Part shown: positions 12,701 through 26,199 of the stretch, piece after piece
Numbering within the stretch: the first letter of the stretch is position 1
Layout: each line of letters starts with the position of its first letter
Assembly: GCA_013239625.1 (NCBI GenBank)
Contig: MU057352.1
Span: forward strand, 30,325,277-30,389,276
Reading direction: 5' to 3'
Origin: Lama guanicoe
Lineage: Eukaryota
Length of the DNA: 64,000 nucleotides
The notes under the pieces: model-generated
The model's database searches: none
What the model saw: only the letters and a program-made list of their open reading frames with translations
Told to the model about the DNA's origin: nothing
Program-made: the position numbers and the translations under genes

Positions 12701-14669
12701 TCCCCTACTGACAAGTCTCCTCCTTGCTCGGTCCCTTTGGCTGCCCATGACTCCTAAACGCTTTTACTCAGACCCCAGTATGGGTGTAAGGGCCCAGGTG
12801 GTGGGAGGAGTGGGGCCTGGGGCAAAAGGGGCCACGTGGACGCCATGCACTCTCTACTCAGCAAATTAAAGCCCAGAACCCTCACCAGTCTGGGCCCTTG
12901 AACAGCAGGCGCCAAGGGCAGCGCACTCTCCCGTGAGCTCGCGGCCTCGCAAGGGGCTCTGCCCGCACGGTGACCCTCAGTCTCCAGCTGGCACAGCCCC
13001 CCGCAGCGTGAATGCTGGTCCGGGAGGTCTGCGTACGACCTGCGGGGACTTAGCCCCGCTCTGGCCAGCACCAGCTAGGACCCCTCACAGCTGATCTGTA
13101 CGAAACAAGCTAGACTGCGAGGATGTGTTCCAGCTGCCTTGGGGGTTAAGGCGATCCTACCTGAAACCACACTGCTGTGAGCTGGTTTTCTGGTCCCGCC
13201 TTCTCCCCTCCTGAGGACCTGGGCCTTCCTGGGAGCAGGTGTGCTGCACAGAGGTACTGCTGGCTGGAATGCAGGGGGGCCGGGGGTGGGAGCCCCGCTC
13301 TCACTTCCTGAAACAAGCCAGCCCCAAGGCAGACCATAGAGCCTCCTCCAGGCCCATCTCCCGCCCGCCTCCCCGCGCGTCTTCCCTGCTGCTCCTCCCA
13401 GGCGCCTGCCTGGCAGGTGGAGGCTCTGCTCTGGGCCCTGAGGGCAGACCCAGCACACAAGCCCTGCTGTTCTAGGTCCTCCCGTGAGGAAAGAAGTTTT
13501 CCAGTGAGATGGATCAGGACAAGGGGTCGTGGGGAAAACTTGAGCTGTAATACTATTCACTTCTAACACTTAGCTCTCCCCCGGGCCTCTCAAACCCAGG
13601 TCCTCTGTCTCCTTCACACAATCCAGCCTCGTCAAGACTTACATCAGCCCCTTCCTCCCTCCAAGCTGGAGGCTAACATCCCCCTCCAGCCCATGCCGGT
13701 CGAGTCTGACTCACAGCCCTGATTTACTGGGATTGCCTGATGCCCACTGTCACCTCCTAACACACGTCCTCAGAAAAGCGAGGGATTCTGGAAACCTGGA
13801 GCGTAAAGCAGCAGCTAGTGAGGAATCTCTAGTTGCATCTCGATGGGACCGTGGCTCTCCCACTCTGCGCAGAACGGGGGGCTGTCCTTTCCTTTTTCCC
13901 TCCAGCAGCACCCTTGATGCCAGAGGTGATGAGACAGAAAGACAGTGGTCTGTTTGCTCCTTACCGTGTTGTCATGGGAGTGTTCCTACACAGTGGTTTC
14001 TGGAAGGGCGCTCCTGGGTCATACACACTTAGAGGTCTCAGGTCCCCACAGTGATGGTAACTGCAAACTGCCAGCTCCTGCCGCCCTCATACTAGGCCAG
14101 CAGGCGTTTCCAGAGCTTGCTGGCTTGAGTTCAGTCCCGGAGCTGATTCAGCGCTTCCCGCTGCTTTGCAGACTAGCTCTCTGTTTGCAAGAACAGGGCC
14201 CTCAGAACACTCCCTCCACAATGGCTGGTTAAATCCACAAGTTCACGTATTGTAAAACCTCCTGCTTCCTGAGAGTCTGAGTTTGGGAATGTGGCTCCAT
14301 TTTTGACGGGACATGTGGCAGCAGGACTGGGATCCTGAAATGGGGACCCAGAGGCCCAAAGCTCTGAATGTCCGTCTTCAACATTATTGGACATGCAGAG
14401 AGGGGCTGAACCAGGGCGATCACTCACTGAGCGATAAGTCGTGGGGAGTCTGGGGTGGTTCCAACGGTGCTGCTTGGCACCTGTGCTCTGCTGAGTGCTG
14501 ACTCTCCCTGTGTTCATGTTAAAAAAAAAAAAAAAAAAACCTAAGTATGGGGCCACAACAGCTAAAGCCACCAAATTTTTTATTCCAAAAACCTTAATAG
14601 AACTTTCTTGACCTTTTTACAATTCTTTATTTTGGAGCTTCCCCTAAAAATCCTCTTTTCCGTTTTGAT

Positions 14670-14950
14670 AACAGATAGTGGCTGGTGTCGTGCTGTAGTC
14701 TCCTGGAGGCCACAGTCCAGCCTTCTCTGACTCCAGGCTTTGAAGATGGTCCCTGTGCCCTTTGGACCTGAACGGCCTAAATGCTCCTTGGGGTTTCCTG
14801 GGAGGTCTGCGCCGAAGATACCGTCTGCTCACTGCTGTCCTCACGTGGGACTTCCTTTCCTTCTCTGGCCTCTGTGAAACCTCCCCCTAGACCTTTCGTA
14901 AGGACTTACGATCCTGCAGGTCAGGGTAACTGGGAAATCTTAATGTTCCC
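14670..14950 (-). mobile_element. Decayed MLT1-type LTR fragment
   Basis: GTCTCCTGGAGGCCACAGTCCA, TGTCCTCACGTGG and TCGTAAGGAC resemble reverse MLT1. Confidence 0.45.
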
Positions 14951-17900
14951 CCGCAGGGTGGCCTTCCAGGTGCGCCTCACTGAGGCCCCTGGGTAGAGCC
15001 TGAAGTACTAAAATCCTTTCAGGGCATCACTTATCTGCAAAGTCTATCTCCCTCTCACCCCTGGATCCTAGCGTTTGTCTTTATGGCCTCAGAGCACTCG
15101 GCATTCTCTGCAATCTTGGGATGAGTTTGCCCTGGAGATGGTCATCTCCGTCCTCCGCTCAGGTGTTCTCACCTGGAAGTACCCTATATGTCACGTTCCA
15201 ACCTACGGCTAGACGGCTGCTGCTACCATCCCTTTGAACGGGAGGGCTTAGACGTTGTGACTTCAGGCTTGCTACGTATCTTTTCTTGTTGCTATCCTCC
15301 ATTCTGTATAAAAGCAGGCAGACTACAATCTCCCAGACTTTCCGCTGACGGCTTGATGTGAAGATCTGTTCTCAGTGTGCCTATAAAAATGCAGCAAAGG
15401 CCAGGAAACTGTGGCTGCATCAACGGTCTTCTATAAGCCCGGCTTTCGCTGGTCTCCGCCCCTCTCAGGATGCTTCTCACCCCTCGTGGTTCCCATTGAC
15501 ATGGTGTCAACTGGCCCTTGCAAGCTCCCTCTGCCCTCTGGCCTCCGTCCCCGGAACTCTTCTGATATCTGGCCCCTATGCTTGAATTCAAGTCTAGACA
15601 GCCTGAATTCAAAGTCCCGGTCAGTAGCCAGTGCGAGTAGCAGTAGTAGGGTGGACTTGAACCTGCCAAATTCCTGTTCCCAGTATTTGTGATGATGGCA
15701 GTTGGATAAAATGTGATGTGAGGTGTTTCATTTCCCAGACTTCAAATACGAGCCAGACCATCAATCTGTGAATCCAAGCCCAAAGCTGAGATGAGCCTTT
15801 TCCATTAGTCTTAGAAATTGTCACCTTGCCTTATTTTAGCAAGTAGAGCCTGCCTCCCCTGTATGCCCTCAGGTTGACTCACGTTAAGTCTAGTCAAGAT
15901 TTGGAATATCCCAATTCTGGAAACCGTCTTCATTTATCTTTTGATCAAGAAAGTGTTAGAAAAAGCTCATTTGCGTTAAAAAAAATGAGGGCAGTGAGGT
16001 CAGGGGTCTGACCTCGCTCTCCGCTCTCCTGCACTGCACGGGGTGTGTTACAGGCAGAGGGGGCGGGGCTGGTAACAGCTCACCAGGCTGGTTCCAAGTG
16101 CGAGTCCTGGAACAAGTTCAGACCGCGTGCCGCGCTGGGTTAGGAGCCGCACGCTTCTGACGAGACGTGGGGAAGGGAAGTGCACGCGGGGTGTCGGCGG
16201 GACGTGCCGTTGGGGGGGGAGCACATCTTCCTGGGAAGCAGCCCATACTGTCCTGAAACCCCAGGTTCTAAAAGCTCTTCCTGAAGCTCCAGTGACTTGT
16301 CTCTTCCCAGCAGTACCACAAGGTTCCTCCAGGGAAATTCCTGAGCATCGTGTGTCTGGAATTGAACCTCACAACTGACCTTCAATTTTACAAATCTGTC
16401 TCCAGATTATTCTAGGGAGTGATTTGGGAGGACCTACGTTTGCTCACTTCCCTTTATAATTCCTGCATTTAAAAGTAATGGCCATTTCCTGTCATCTTTC
16501 TAAAACATGGGAATGGCTCATCTCCTCTGGCGGTGTTGCCCCAATTCAACGCCAAGAGGCTTGGCTGCCAGGTGTTGGCTCTACCCGAAGAGGTAGATGC
16601 TCTAGACGTGGACGAGACTGGTGCTCTCCAGCCACGTGGCCTGTGGACCTGCCACCAGAGGGGAGCGCAGCAGAGCCCCAAGCTTCCCGGGCCACATCAC
16701 AGCAGCTTAGACGCCAAACCCCTCAAACTCTCACCACAGGAAATCAAGTCTTTGCTTCTGGTAACCAGATACACTTTTGGGAATCAGTTGATTGGGGTTG
16801 AATATGACGCCTCTGGACCCGGATGTGAGGCTCGTGTGGGGACTTGCAGTGAAACCCCGACGGCTCCTGCTGAAGGCAGCGGCTCTGCGCCGCCTCTTGC
16901 TGTTGGGAAGCTGCTGCCGTTCTGCTGGACGCTGCCCGTCCTGACTGTCTCCTTCTGACGTGACCATTTCAGGCCCCACAGCTCTGCTGCATCCCATGTT
17001 TCTATGCTGCTTCTGTATCCTTCATTTTCTCTTGACGTCGACCTCGCCGAGAGCCATCTCCCGATGCACCTAATCTGCTCTGATTCAACTCACCGGTTAA
17101 CTTCAGGTGACAGGAAGTCTTTTGGAGACTGGCTAGCAGCATTGTGCAAGTCCCCTTCAGGACAACAGTGCTGCCAAGTCAAAGGGATGTGACATGTTGG
17201 AAACTTGCAGGGCCCCAGAAACTATACCAGATCTACACACACACCCTAGAAGGAGGTAACACCTCAATTTGTAGTGCCACCGGGGCAGGTCCAAGTCCAA
17301 GTGCAGCTAAGCACTTAAAGCTGCGGAGCTGCAGGACTGACCGCCCGCGGGGCCCAATGTCTGCCGCACGCAGGGAGCAGGGGGCGGTCGGCAGAGGCGG
17401 GGCCCACGCGTCCTCCCGGGAGTGCAAGGCCGGAAAGTAACTCTACCTGAAGAAAGCACGCAGGACCACGGGCGGGGAAGAGGCTTCCCACAAAGCCAGG
17501 AGGGGGAGGAGCTGGGCTCTGCGGGTGAAGGGGCGGTGGAAGTCCTGCGACATGGTGAGGGGTTCTGGACCCCGCCCTCAGCTCGCTGCTGCTGGAGCCT
17601 GGTTAGGGGCTCTGTCTATAGAGGACAGGGCGATACAAGGCATCTCGGCCGTAGTTTCTTGGGAGGGGCTGTGAAGACGATGAAGTTGGGGGCTTGGGTT
17701 TAGCAGCGTCTTGCAGACAGCTGGATTTTGCATGCCACTTTATAAGAACGGGCTGAACCTTCGAACTCACTGTGCCTGGAGAGCCTGGCTTGGAAGGCTT
17801 CCAGAACTTGAGGGACTCCCAGGGTCAGTCCTGTCTGCTTCCATGTCAGGAGAAACTGGATTGCTTTTGATATAGAGGGGTTAGTCTCCTATTACAGGAT

Positions 17901-20900
17901 CTTGAATACATTAAAGGAGGCATTCAGCCCAGTGATCGACCCGACAGCTGGCCTCCGTTCCGGCAGTCCCAATCGCAGGCACGCCGTGCTCTGGCTCCGC
18001 ACGTCTGATGTTTTCAAGGCGATCTGATCAAACCACCTACTTCCACAGACGAAAACAGGAGCTGTCGAAACGATTCTGTCTAGGGGACTGGCCCAGAGTT
18101 TCCCCCCTTTCCTCATTAATCCTTAGCTTCTGTTGTATCATGAAAGCCAGGCTCTGGTGCAGATTTATAGCATGAGTTGTCAGGAGGGCATTTGAGGCTC
18201 TGGTGACTAGAAGACAAGAGAACACTCTCCCACCTTCGTCTCTTCCCTGGCATAGAAAGCTCCGTTGCTGGAGAACTGGCGTGTTGGAAAGGGGCCTTGT
18301 GACACCCATGACACCAACCGGAAGAGGAATCAGCTAAGAGGTGGCTGAGGTTTCCTTGCTGTGCTAAATTTTCTGTGTATCTAAAGGATTTCTGTTACGG
18401 CATTGTAACTAGAGGGTCACCCAGTCCTTGTCGCTGCTAGGGGCAAACTGTCCACAGGCTCGATGGGCGCCCTGTGGTGTGCGAGTGACGCAGCGTGCTC
18501 CCTGAAGCCTGCCCACTCCCACGTGCACCTAACCGTTCCGTGCTTGCAGTCGGAGCCGCAGGCGTGCTCGGCGGCCAGACACGGGTGCTGCAGTTATGAT
18601 GTCTTAAACGACGAATTTTTCTCTTAGGTTCTTAGGCTTCTGAACTTGTCCCGTGGAGAAGCCTGTGAGCTTCCGCTCCCAGCTTCATTTTCCAAAGCTA
18701 TTACATTGACTAGAAATGTTTTATTCATGTGAGTCCTGGTTTCTTTGCAAGATCGAAGGAACGATTTGTTCTCACCTAGGTCCTATCTCGCCACATAACG
18801 GAAGTGATGGGATGGGAGGACGGGAATCCAGGCGGGTTTAACAAAGTCTCGTTTTCCAGAAAGGACTTGGGTGAGTCACCCACTGAGTATCTGCTCTGAT
18901 GGGGATGAACTGTGATAAATTTAAGGCAGTGACAACTGGGATGCGGAGGACGGAGCTGGGTATCCGTGACTGCGGAAATCTGGCTGGTAGCAGGCACTTC
19001 CCTCTCCCTGACGGTCACCATGGCCGGTCGCAGCCCCTGACAAGTGGTCCAGAGAGGGCAGCCAGGCTGACCTCCATGCTGCTCTGTTCCCTGGGATCTC
19101 TGTGCTGAGCAGAACAGAGCTGACTGAGAAGGACCAGGATTAAAGTCCAGGAGGCAGATCCCTGTTCATAAACACCAACAAGGTGCTTTCAGTCAGTCTT
19201 ACGCAAGCCAGGGTTTGTGTGAGGGCAGGCCACCAACAAGTCTTCAGAACGTTTTCTTCAACTGGGATGCTCAGGAGTGAGGAGGGAGGCTGCCATAGAC
19301 AAAGGGTAGTTGCGCGGAAGGACACCCACAAATTGCCTTCCCCGGACAAAGAGGACGTCTGTCTGCTGTGGCCACGCAGGGTGCGGTGCTGGGTCCAGCG
19401 CTTCCCTTTTAGGGCCCCCTCGGGCTTACGTGTTCAGGCCTCGTGTGGGGCTAGCTCTGCCCCCAGTCTGTTCTCCCTGATGGGATGAACGAGGGCAGGC
19501 AGAGGGCAGAGGCCCTTTCCTGACCACCTAGGGGCCAGGATGGGAGAATCTTCAGAACGGGGTGGGATGGATGAATCACATTCACCCTGAAATGTGTACC
19601 AGCTGTTCCGCCATTGGGTCAGGGAGGGGGCAGCACTTGGCAACCTTTGCTGAAATAACGTGCCACACCGGGTCTTTGTATGCATGGAAAGATACCGAGG
19701 AAAGTGACATTCCATCGTCCAGGACAGGTCTGTGAAGATTTGAACCTTTAATGGGATTTCCTCCATAGAGTTTTGGTAAGATGCTCGTCTTCAGCATCCT
19801 CAGGTCTGGGGTTGACCGTGACCTGCCTGGGAAAACCACCTGGGCTCTACCTGCTCACGGTGCTGCTCCTCCACGCTGCAGAGTTCAGCTCCGTGTAGGG
19901 CCCGCCGTCTGTCTCACTGCAGTTTTGTGCCCCATGCACGTGAAAGGCCAAAGGAAGCCATGTCCTGGGGAAACTCTGGGTCCCCAGTGAGATGAAGACA
20001 CTGTAGGTGTTTTCAGTCTTACAGTCCTCTTCTGAAACCACACAAAGGGAGCATTAGACTAAAGCCGATCACGCCCGGAGTGGCCAGTGTGACCCTCACC
20101 ACGGCTGCACTGGTGTAAGACGGGCACCCCGGGGTGGGGACATTGCCTGTGTTGGAGGTTCTGGCCACGTGACCTGTAACGGTCTTACTTACCCCTGGCT
20201 AGATACAAAGGTGAGGGCGGGGTCAGCATCCTCTCTCCCTCCAGGTACCCAAGGGTGGGCGAGCCTTACGTGTCTGCCCCATCTAGGCCCAGGTTCCTGA
20301 GGCAGGAGGGGCAGCAGTGCGCTGGCGATGGGAGGCTCACGCGGAGGGGCCTTCTGCATGAGCCCAGAAAGCCCGTTGACCGATAGCCTTCTCCAGGCCC
20401 TCCTAGAGACATTTCCAACTAGTGTGCTGGGGAGGCCCTGGCACTCAGGAGCGCCGTCCGTTCTCGGAGGCGGGTGATGTTAGGAGGTGCTGGGTCCCCT
20501 GGTGTCAGTGCACTGGTAGGATTATGGAAGAGCACAGGCCGCCGAGGGACCGCGACCAACAATCCAAATCAAGCTCACATAATCGACTAGACGGCGAGCC
20601 CACGGTGACAACCAGGACCTGCAGGAACCCAGCAGGGCACGGTGCACAGGCAGCTGACAAAGGAGCTGTATGTGTAACATACAAGCGGGCAACTGACAAG
20701 TGGCTGTGTGTGTGAGAGCACGTAATGCACTGAGGGAGAGCCTCCACTCAGGCTCCCTCTCTTGATGCCTCAGTTTCCAGGTCTGAGCCAGTTCAGTCTG
20801 AGCACATGTTTACAGACAAGTTCACCTTCAGAAGGGACCTAGCAATGACTATAGTGACTCTGAAATCATCTGCAGTGTTTTTTTCAGTTCTTCCTCCAAG

Positions 20901-22332
20901 GAGCCTATAATCATTTTCTCAGATAACTAGACAGTGAGGAAAAGGGGTTTTGGTTGTGAGTGTGAGCTGACGTGATTCCTGGGGTCTCACCACTCCCCCC
21001 ATGAGAGAGGACTTCTGGAGGTCAGGAGGTAAAAGGGCCAATAATTGAGCTGAACGGTCCACTGCCCCATCTGTTAGTCACTCCCGCAGCTCCCAAGTGT
21101 GTAATTGGGATGGACAGAGCGGCTGGCCAAATGCTTGCTAGATTTTTCCCAAGGGGCTAGGAGCTATGGCTGTAGGAAAGGCCAGGTGGAAAATAGAGAA
21201 TGGCCTGCACCCCCAGCCCCGTCTCCTGCGGAGCAGAAGTGAGGGGTGCCCTCAGAGACGTAGGAGCTGTTGGGCCCACCGTAGCCCTGGGCCGACCCCT
21301 CCCGAAGCCAGGCGTACCACTGCCTAGGACGGGGGACTTCTCGCGGGGAACGCTGGGCTACCTGCACGTGGAGTGCATTACAGTCCTGACATGAGTTTGC
21401 AGACATCATGAGTCTTCAGGTTGAAGAGCTATTTTTAAAACAGTGATATAAAATAGCACCGGAAACCTAGGAGTGAGAAGTGCTGCTCGCCCGGAGATGA
21501 GCCGGGAGGAAGGGCGTCTGGGAGGCTAACGTCCTCCAGTCGTCATGCCTAAGCTGAGGTTTTCAGCAGGTACAGACTACGCTTATTTATAATGTGTGCC
21601 CTGTCTGCTTCTGGAACCTGTCAGAAGCAGCCTTTTTCTTTTATTTTCAGGATGTGCTGCAAACTACCCTGAGTCAGGCAGTGACCATCAACCTGAGCTG
21701 TGCTGTGTGATGTTGAGCAGCAGCAATGCATCTCTGGTCTTGCCTGTCTGAATTGAGCTGTACCCTCCTGCTTTCAGCTCCCTTCCACCCTCCAAACTAC
21801 CTTCTAGTCCATGGTGCTGAGTCTTTCCTAGAGTGTCTGTGAATCTGGGTAAAGATCATTCTTTTGTGTTCAGATGCAGGTCTGTGTCTCACCATCCACT
21901 CCCGCTATGAAACGGACCACAAACCTGTACCTCTTCGTCGCCCCTGTTACCTTGGAAATCAAGATCACCTGAGAATTCCAGAATGCTTGTATATGTCCCT
22001 GTATTTTCAGGTTTTCATTGTGCTTTCCAGGGTGCAAATGATTTTTGCATGCAAATATCTGAGCTGAGGTTCAGAACCTCCAAGTAGCTAATTCATTTAT
22101 CCCTTAATGAAATGGGCTAAAACAGATGAACAGTGTGATATACACTTTCTTGAGCCCACTAAGGACTGAGTACGGTTTTAGAGTTAATACCACGGCTGAT
22201 CATTTTTTAAGCACTGGTCTGGCAGGAAGTGGAGGAGGAAACAGGAGGAACAGAAGAATGAGCTGCAGTTTCTTCATTTATAAGGTGAGGTTGAAAGCGT
22301 CTCGCCTGCCTCATGGAGTTTATGTGGATCAA

Positions 22333-22352
22333 AGGAAGTGACTCATGAGTCA
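22333..22352 (+). promoter_or_regulatory. Candidate ETS/AP-1 composite element with tandem palindromic AP-1 sites
   Basis: AGGAAGTGACTCATGAGTCA: GGAAGT overlaps TGACTCA, which is immediately followed by TGAGTCA. Confidence 0.45.
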
Positions 22353-23204
22353 GATTTGTGACTTGTAAAAACTCAGCACACAAAGGTTTATTAGCTGACA
22401 GCCAGCCATTCACTCAATATGCCAAAGAAAACACTGGATACATTCGGGTGGAGCCGGAGCTGGTTTTCCATTGCAGCTGTTACCTGCTGGCTGAACAATT
22501 CACTGTGCGTTCAGCTCTTTCACAGAGTAGAGGGAGATTATATGTATTTCGGAAATCACTTGTCAGAACACGGTTATAACTATAAACCACTTACTGAGTC
22601 CAAAGTGTGGCCATAAATTAATGATGGGCACATAACGATGTGGTGTGCACTCCAGGAGTATTAAATACAGGCTGGTTCAGGTGGGTTCTCCGTGCAGCCG
22701 ACTGAGTACGGTGTGAGGAAGCCATAGGAAAGGGCTGAGGACTGACGCCTGTGGGAAGGAGGTGGGAAGGTGAACGTATGAAAACCCGTCAGCTCCTTCC
22801 TGATGTGTAAGTAGCTGAGGGCAGGTGGGGGTGGAGCGTGACTTCAGGGAAGGGGAGGACCACCTACTCTTCGTACAGATCGCGGGAACAGCTGTTCCAG
22901 GGTGCCACTGGGTGTGTCCCCCTGGAAGGAACTTAGAGAAAGGTTAGTAGGATGAAAAACAGCCCCCACCTTGGCAACTGGTCCTGAACTCGCAGAGGAC
23001 ACTTGCGGTCCCCAATTCCACTCTGCTCTAGGCCCCAGCCCCTCACTGGGCACCGCTGCCGGGTCCAGGCTCCTCTCCCCGAGGGGTGGAATGAGTTTGC
23101 TTGTCCAGTTACCATCACAGTGGGCAGAGGAGCTCCAGCAGTAACCAGGGATTGGCTGGGTGCCGCCATGTTCCTTCCTGCCCCTTCACATGACAGCAGC
23201 CCCA

Positions 23205-23218
23205 TCGCCCCCTGGCGA
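23205..23218 (-). promoter_or_regulatory. Candidate CTCF motif
   Basis: Reverse strand reads TCGCCAGGGGGCGA, 12/14 to the CCGCCAGGGGGCGC core. Confidence 0.4.
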
Positions 23219-23783
23219 TCGGACCGTCACTCCTACTTAGATGGTGACAACCCTAGACTGCTAGTCTCTGGGCACAGGTAGCCTGCAGTTCCGAAAAGGA
23301 AGCTACAGTTAAGTTCAGCTGCTGTGTACCCGCGGGAACTGCTGCCCTCGGAGCAGGACGTCGGATCCTGCGAAGCCCAGCTATGGGGTCAGTAAACACA
23401 AGCTTACCAAGCGGGTCGTTCACGTGATGTTAAGCGAGGCCCCACTGGCTTACACTCCGCTATTCCTAGATCTGTGTGTTTTCCTCCCGGGGACACAGGC
23501 TGGTAATGTCTCTGATTCAGTACATCTCCTGCGCCCTGGAGGCTGGTGCCAGATTCTCCAACAGGGACACCCCCGAGCTGGGCCTGCAGCTGCAGTCCTG
23601 CTTTTCCGTGGCAGGCAGCGCCTGGGTTTCATTCGGCCACCCGACTCGCGGTATCTTGGGACCAGCGGTCCTCCTGTAATGTGAAGTGCAGGGTATCCTG
23701 GTCTAATGAGACGTTACGTGGGACCCTGGGTCCGTGGATCAAACATTCAGTAAGGCCTTGGAGGGGAACGTTGGCTGAGATCC

Positions 23784-24266
23784 TACTGACTGGAAGAAAC
23801 GTACAGCCTGAAAGTGGAGAGTTATGTTTTATTTGGCAGGCGTTTCTGAGGACTTAAGCCTGGGATGCTGCCTCTCATCGCTGTGAGGGGCTGCTCCGGA
23901 AAGGCAGGGGAGGCGCCAGGATATATAGGAGCTTTACGACAAAAACCAGGTCGTTGGAACATCAAAAGATTACCGTTAACTTGATATCTGGTTTTCTCTA
24001 AGGAATTTAGCACTCTTCTGTGTATGGGAAAGTGCAAAAGTCTGGCTCCCTGAAGTCACTCCTTTGATCTGCACCTAGCTCTCTAGGGCCGGTGTCCTGT
24101 CCTTCCCACCCTGAGCCCCTCGGGGGCGCTGTTGGGGTGGCTGCAGTGGCTGAGAGCTGGGCGGCAGATGGCTGCTGGTGTCCCTCCAGCTCATCCCTGG
24201 GGGTGCTGGCTGGCGTCCGCAGCATCCGTTGTTTACTGACATGGCAGGCAATATTTTTGGCTCACA
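23784..24266 (-). mobile_element. ERV1-class solo LTR (artiodactyl MER41-like), full length with 4-bp TSD
   Basis: TSD ATCC at 23780-23783 and 24267-24270. Termini are TA (mutated TG) and CA on the + strand. Minus-strand TATA at 23922-23927 and AATAAA at 23828-23833. Confidence 0.85.
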
Positions 24267-24924
24267 ATCCGTGGGAAAGGCAAGCCCCTACCCCAAATGT
24301 ATCCCATCAGTCTGTCTACAATGGAAGGAGGCCAGTGTAGTCAGCTTACCTCCAAGTGGGTCTCCTAGAGTGATGGCACCATTCCAGGGGCTTGGCTTTG
24401 GTCCCTGTTACCGGTGGGCTGGGCGATCAGAGGCCCAGAGTCGTTCCATCAGCCTTCGTAAGTGGGAGCCTGTGCTGTTTGGCCCATGCGTAACCTCCGT
24501 CCCTGCCTCTGTGGTCGCTTGGTTCATGTGCCTTTAATGCCAGTGACGGGGTGGCCAATGACAGAAGGTGGCTCATATCAACGGGCCAAGTCTTTGCTCC
24601 ACCAGCTCAAATGCCAGTGTCTTGGGCCAGAGCCAGGAGACCGAGTCTTAGCCCTGGCCTGCCTAATCCCTGACCCCCCGGAGCGGCCTTCCATCTCTGA
24701 GCCTCCCCCCACCCCGTGGACAGCAAGGAAGTTGGTTCTAAGGTCGCTGTGGCATCACTGGTTCCAACACCTCATGACTGACGGGAAGCTCTGCATTTGT
24801 GCAGTGAAGTGAAATGAACGTCTGTGCCGTGAGCACCTGCCAGACACTAGCTCCTAGTTAGCGATGTGCACGCACTGCTTAATTCCTACCTCAGGCTTGC
24901 CCTATTATACAGGAAAACTGGCAA

Positions 24925-25005
24925 GTGGAACAGATGATCCTGGCTCTGCTCGTACTAGCTGTGTGGACTTGGACACACCTCTTAGCCCTTCTGAGCCTCA
25001 GGCCG
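24925..25005 (+). mobile_element. MIR fragment
   Basis: ATCCTGGCTCTGCTCGTACTAGCTGTGTGGACTTGGAC...TCTGAGCCTCAG. Confidence 0.7.
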
Positions 25006-25332
25006 CAGGCCGCTGAGTGACAGCGGTTCTGGTGCCTTCCACCAGCGTATGCCCAGTAAGTCCACCAGCTGAATCTGTGCCTGTCAGTAGAGGGAACTGA
25101 AGGCAGACGGGAGCAACAACTCCAGTGCCTCAATTTAAGTGGCGTATCTCTGCGTTTTTCCCATGTTTCTGAATTTGGAGTGTGTCCTGCGATCTGAACA
25201 TCCGTCCACGTGTGAGCGTCTGTGTGCCTGTGTCTTCACCTTCCCCACCACGCGCGAGCACATGGCAATAGCACGCGTGGGAGTCTGACAGCCACTAGCG
25301 TGTTAGACAGGACATGCCCCGCGTCCTCCCCA

Positions 25333-26047
25333 GTGGGGGGGGGGAGCTTCCTCTCACCCTCGTACGTCAGTTGACTTCTTAGCACCTAAAGACAGCTTGA
25401 CAGGAGAAGAACATGGAAACTTAACATCCTTATGCATAAATGGGCATCTTCAGAGGGAAAATGAAGACCTGAAGAAGCCGTCAGTCCCCAAAGCTTTCAC
25501 ATCTTACACAGAATGAGAGACTGAGGATGCGAGGAGACAAAGGGGCTTGGTCTAAGGGCAGCAAAATGTGGGCCCATAAGCAGGAGCTATACAGAAGTAA
25601 AATGTGGAAATACATTTTCAACGTCTTTCCGTTTTAATTGTGAAGTGGGATGGCTTAAAAGCACAGTTCACCCAAGAAGTTGAAAACGTAGCCTCTGAAA
25701 TTACTAAAATCAGCCACGGGAGCTTTGGGGCTAAGTCTGTCTTTTTAAAAAATGTTTTGCAACTCTTGACTGTTTGTCATTTTCCCCTAAAATGGAAGGT
25801 AAGTGTTCTTAGTCGGTTGGCTTGTGTAGACCCATTTTGGTGTTGCCTCCCTGTCACCGGTGATTTAAAAAAAAAAAAGTTCTCCTTCTGCAGCGCAGGT
25901 ACTCTTCTCAGGAAAACTTTGTGGCCTGCCTTTAGGGTGGAAAGGGGGCGGTCTGTAGCCCTTCGTGCATCTGTTTCTCAAGTGCTTTTAGCTCAAAATA
26001 ACATGCCAAGGCGGCATATGTTCGGGCAGTATTTCTGAACTCCTTCA
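25333..26047 (-). mobile_element. ERV1-class LTR, MER34/MER39-like
   Basis: Ends AGCTCAAAATAACATGCCAAGGCGGCATATGTTCGGGCAGTATTTCTGAACTCCTTCA, the reverse of the MER34/39-type 5' end. The left boundary is approximate. Confidence 0.7.
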
Positions 26048-26199
26048 TCAGGGATCAGCGCTCACCCCCGTCCTAACCAGGGCTTTGGCACAGAAATGCA
26101 CGTCTGGTCCTCTTGCTTCCCTTTATAAGGTCTTAGCGTCTAGCTTAAATTGTCACTGCTGTGTCTCTACCTCCATTGGCCTTACCATCATCTGTTCAG

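Noticed and set aside
16651-16668. CTCF-like CCACCAGAGGGGAGC next to a palindromic E-box GCCACGTGGC
   Set aside because: It mismatches the highly conserved C of the GGC core, so it is too weak to list as a feature.
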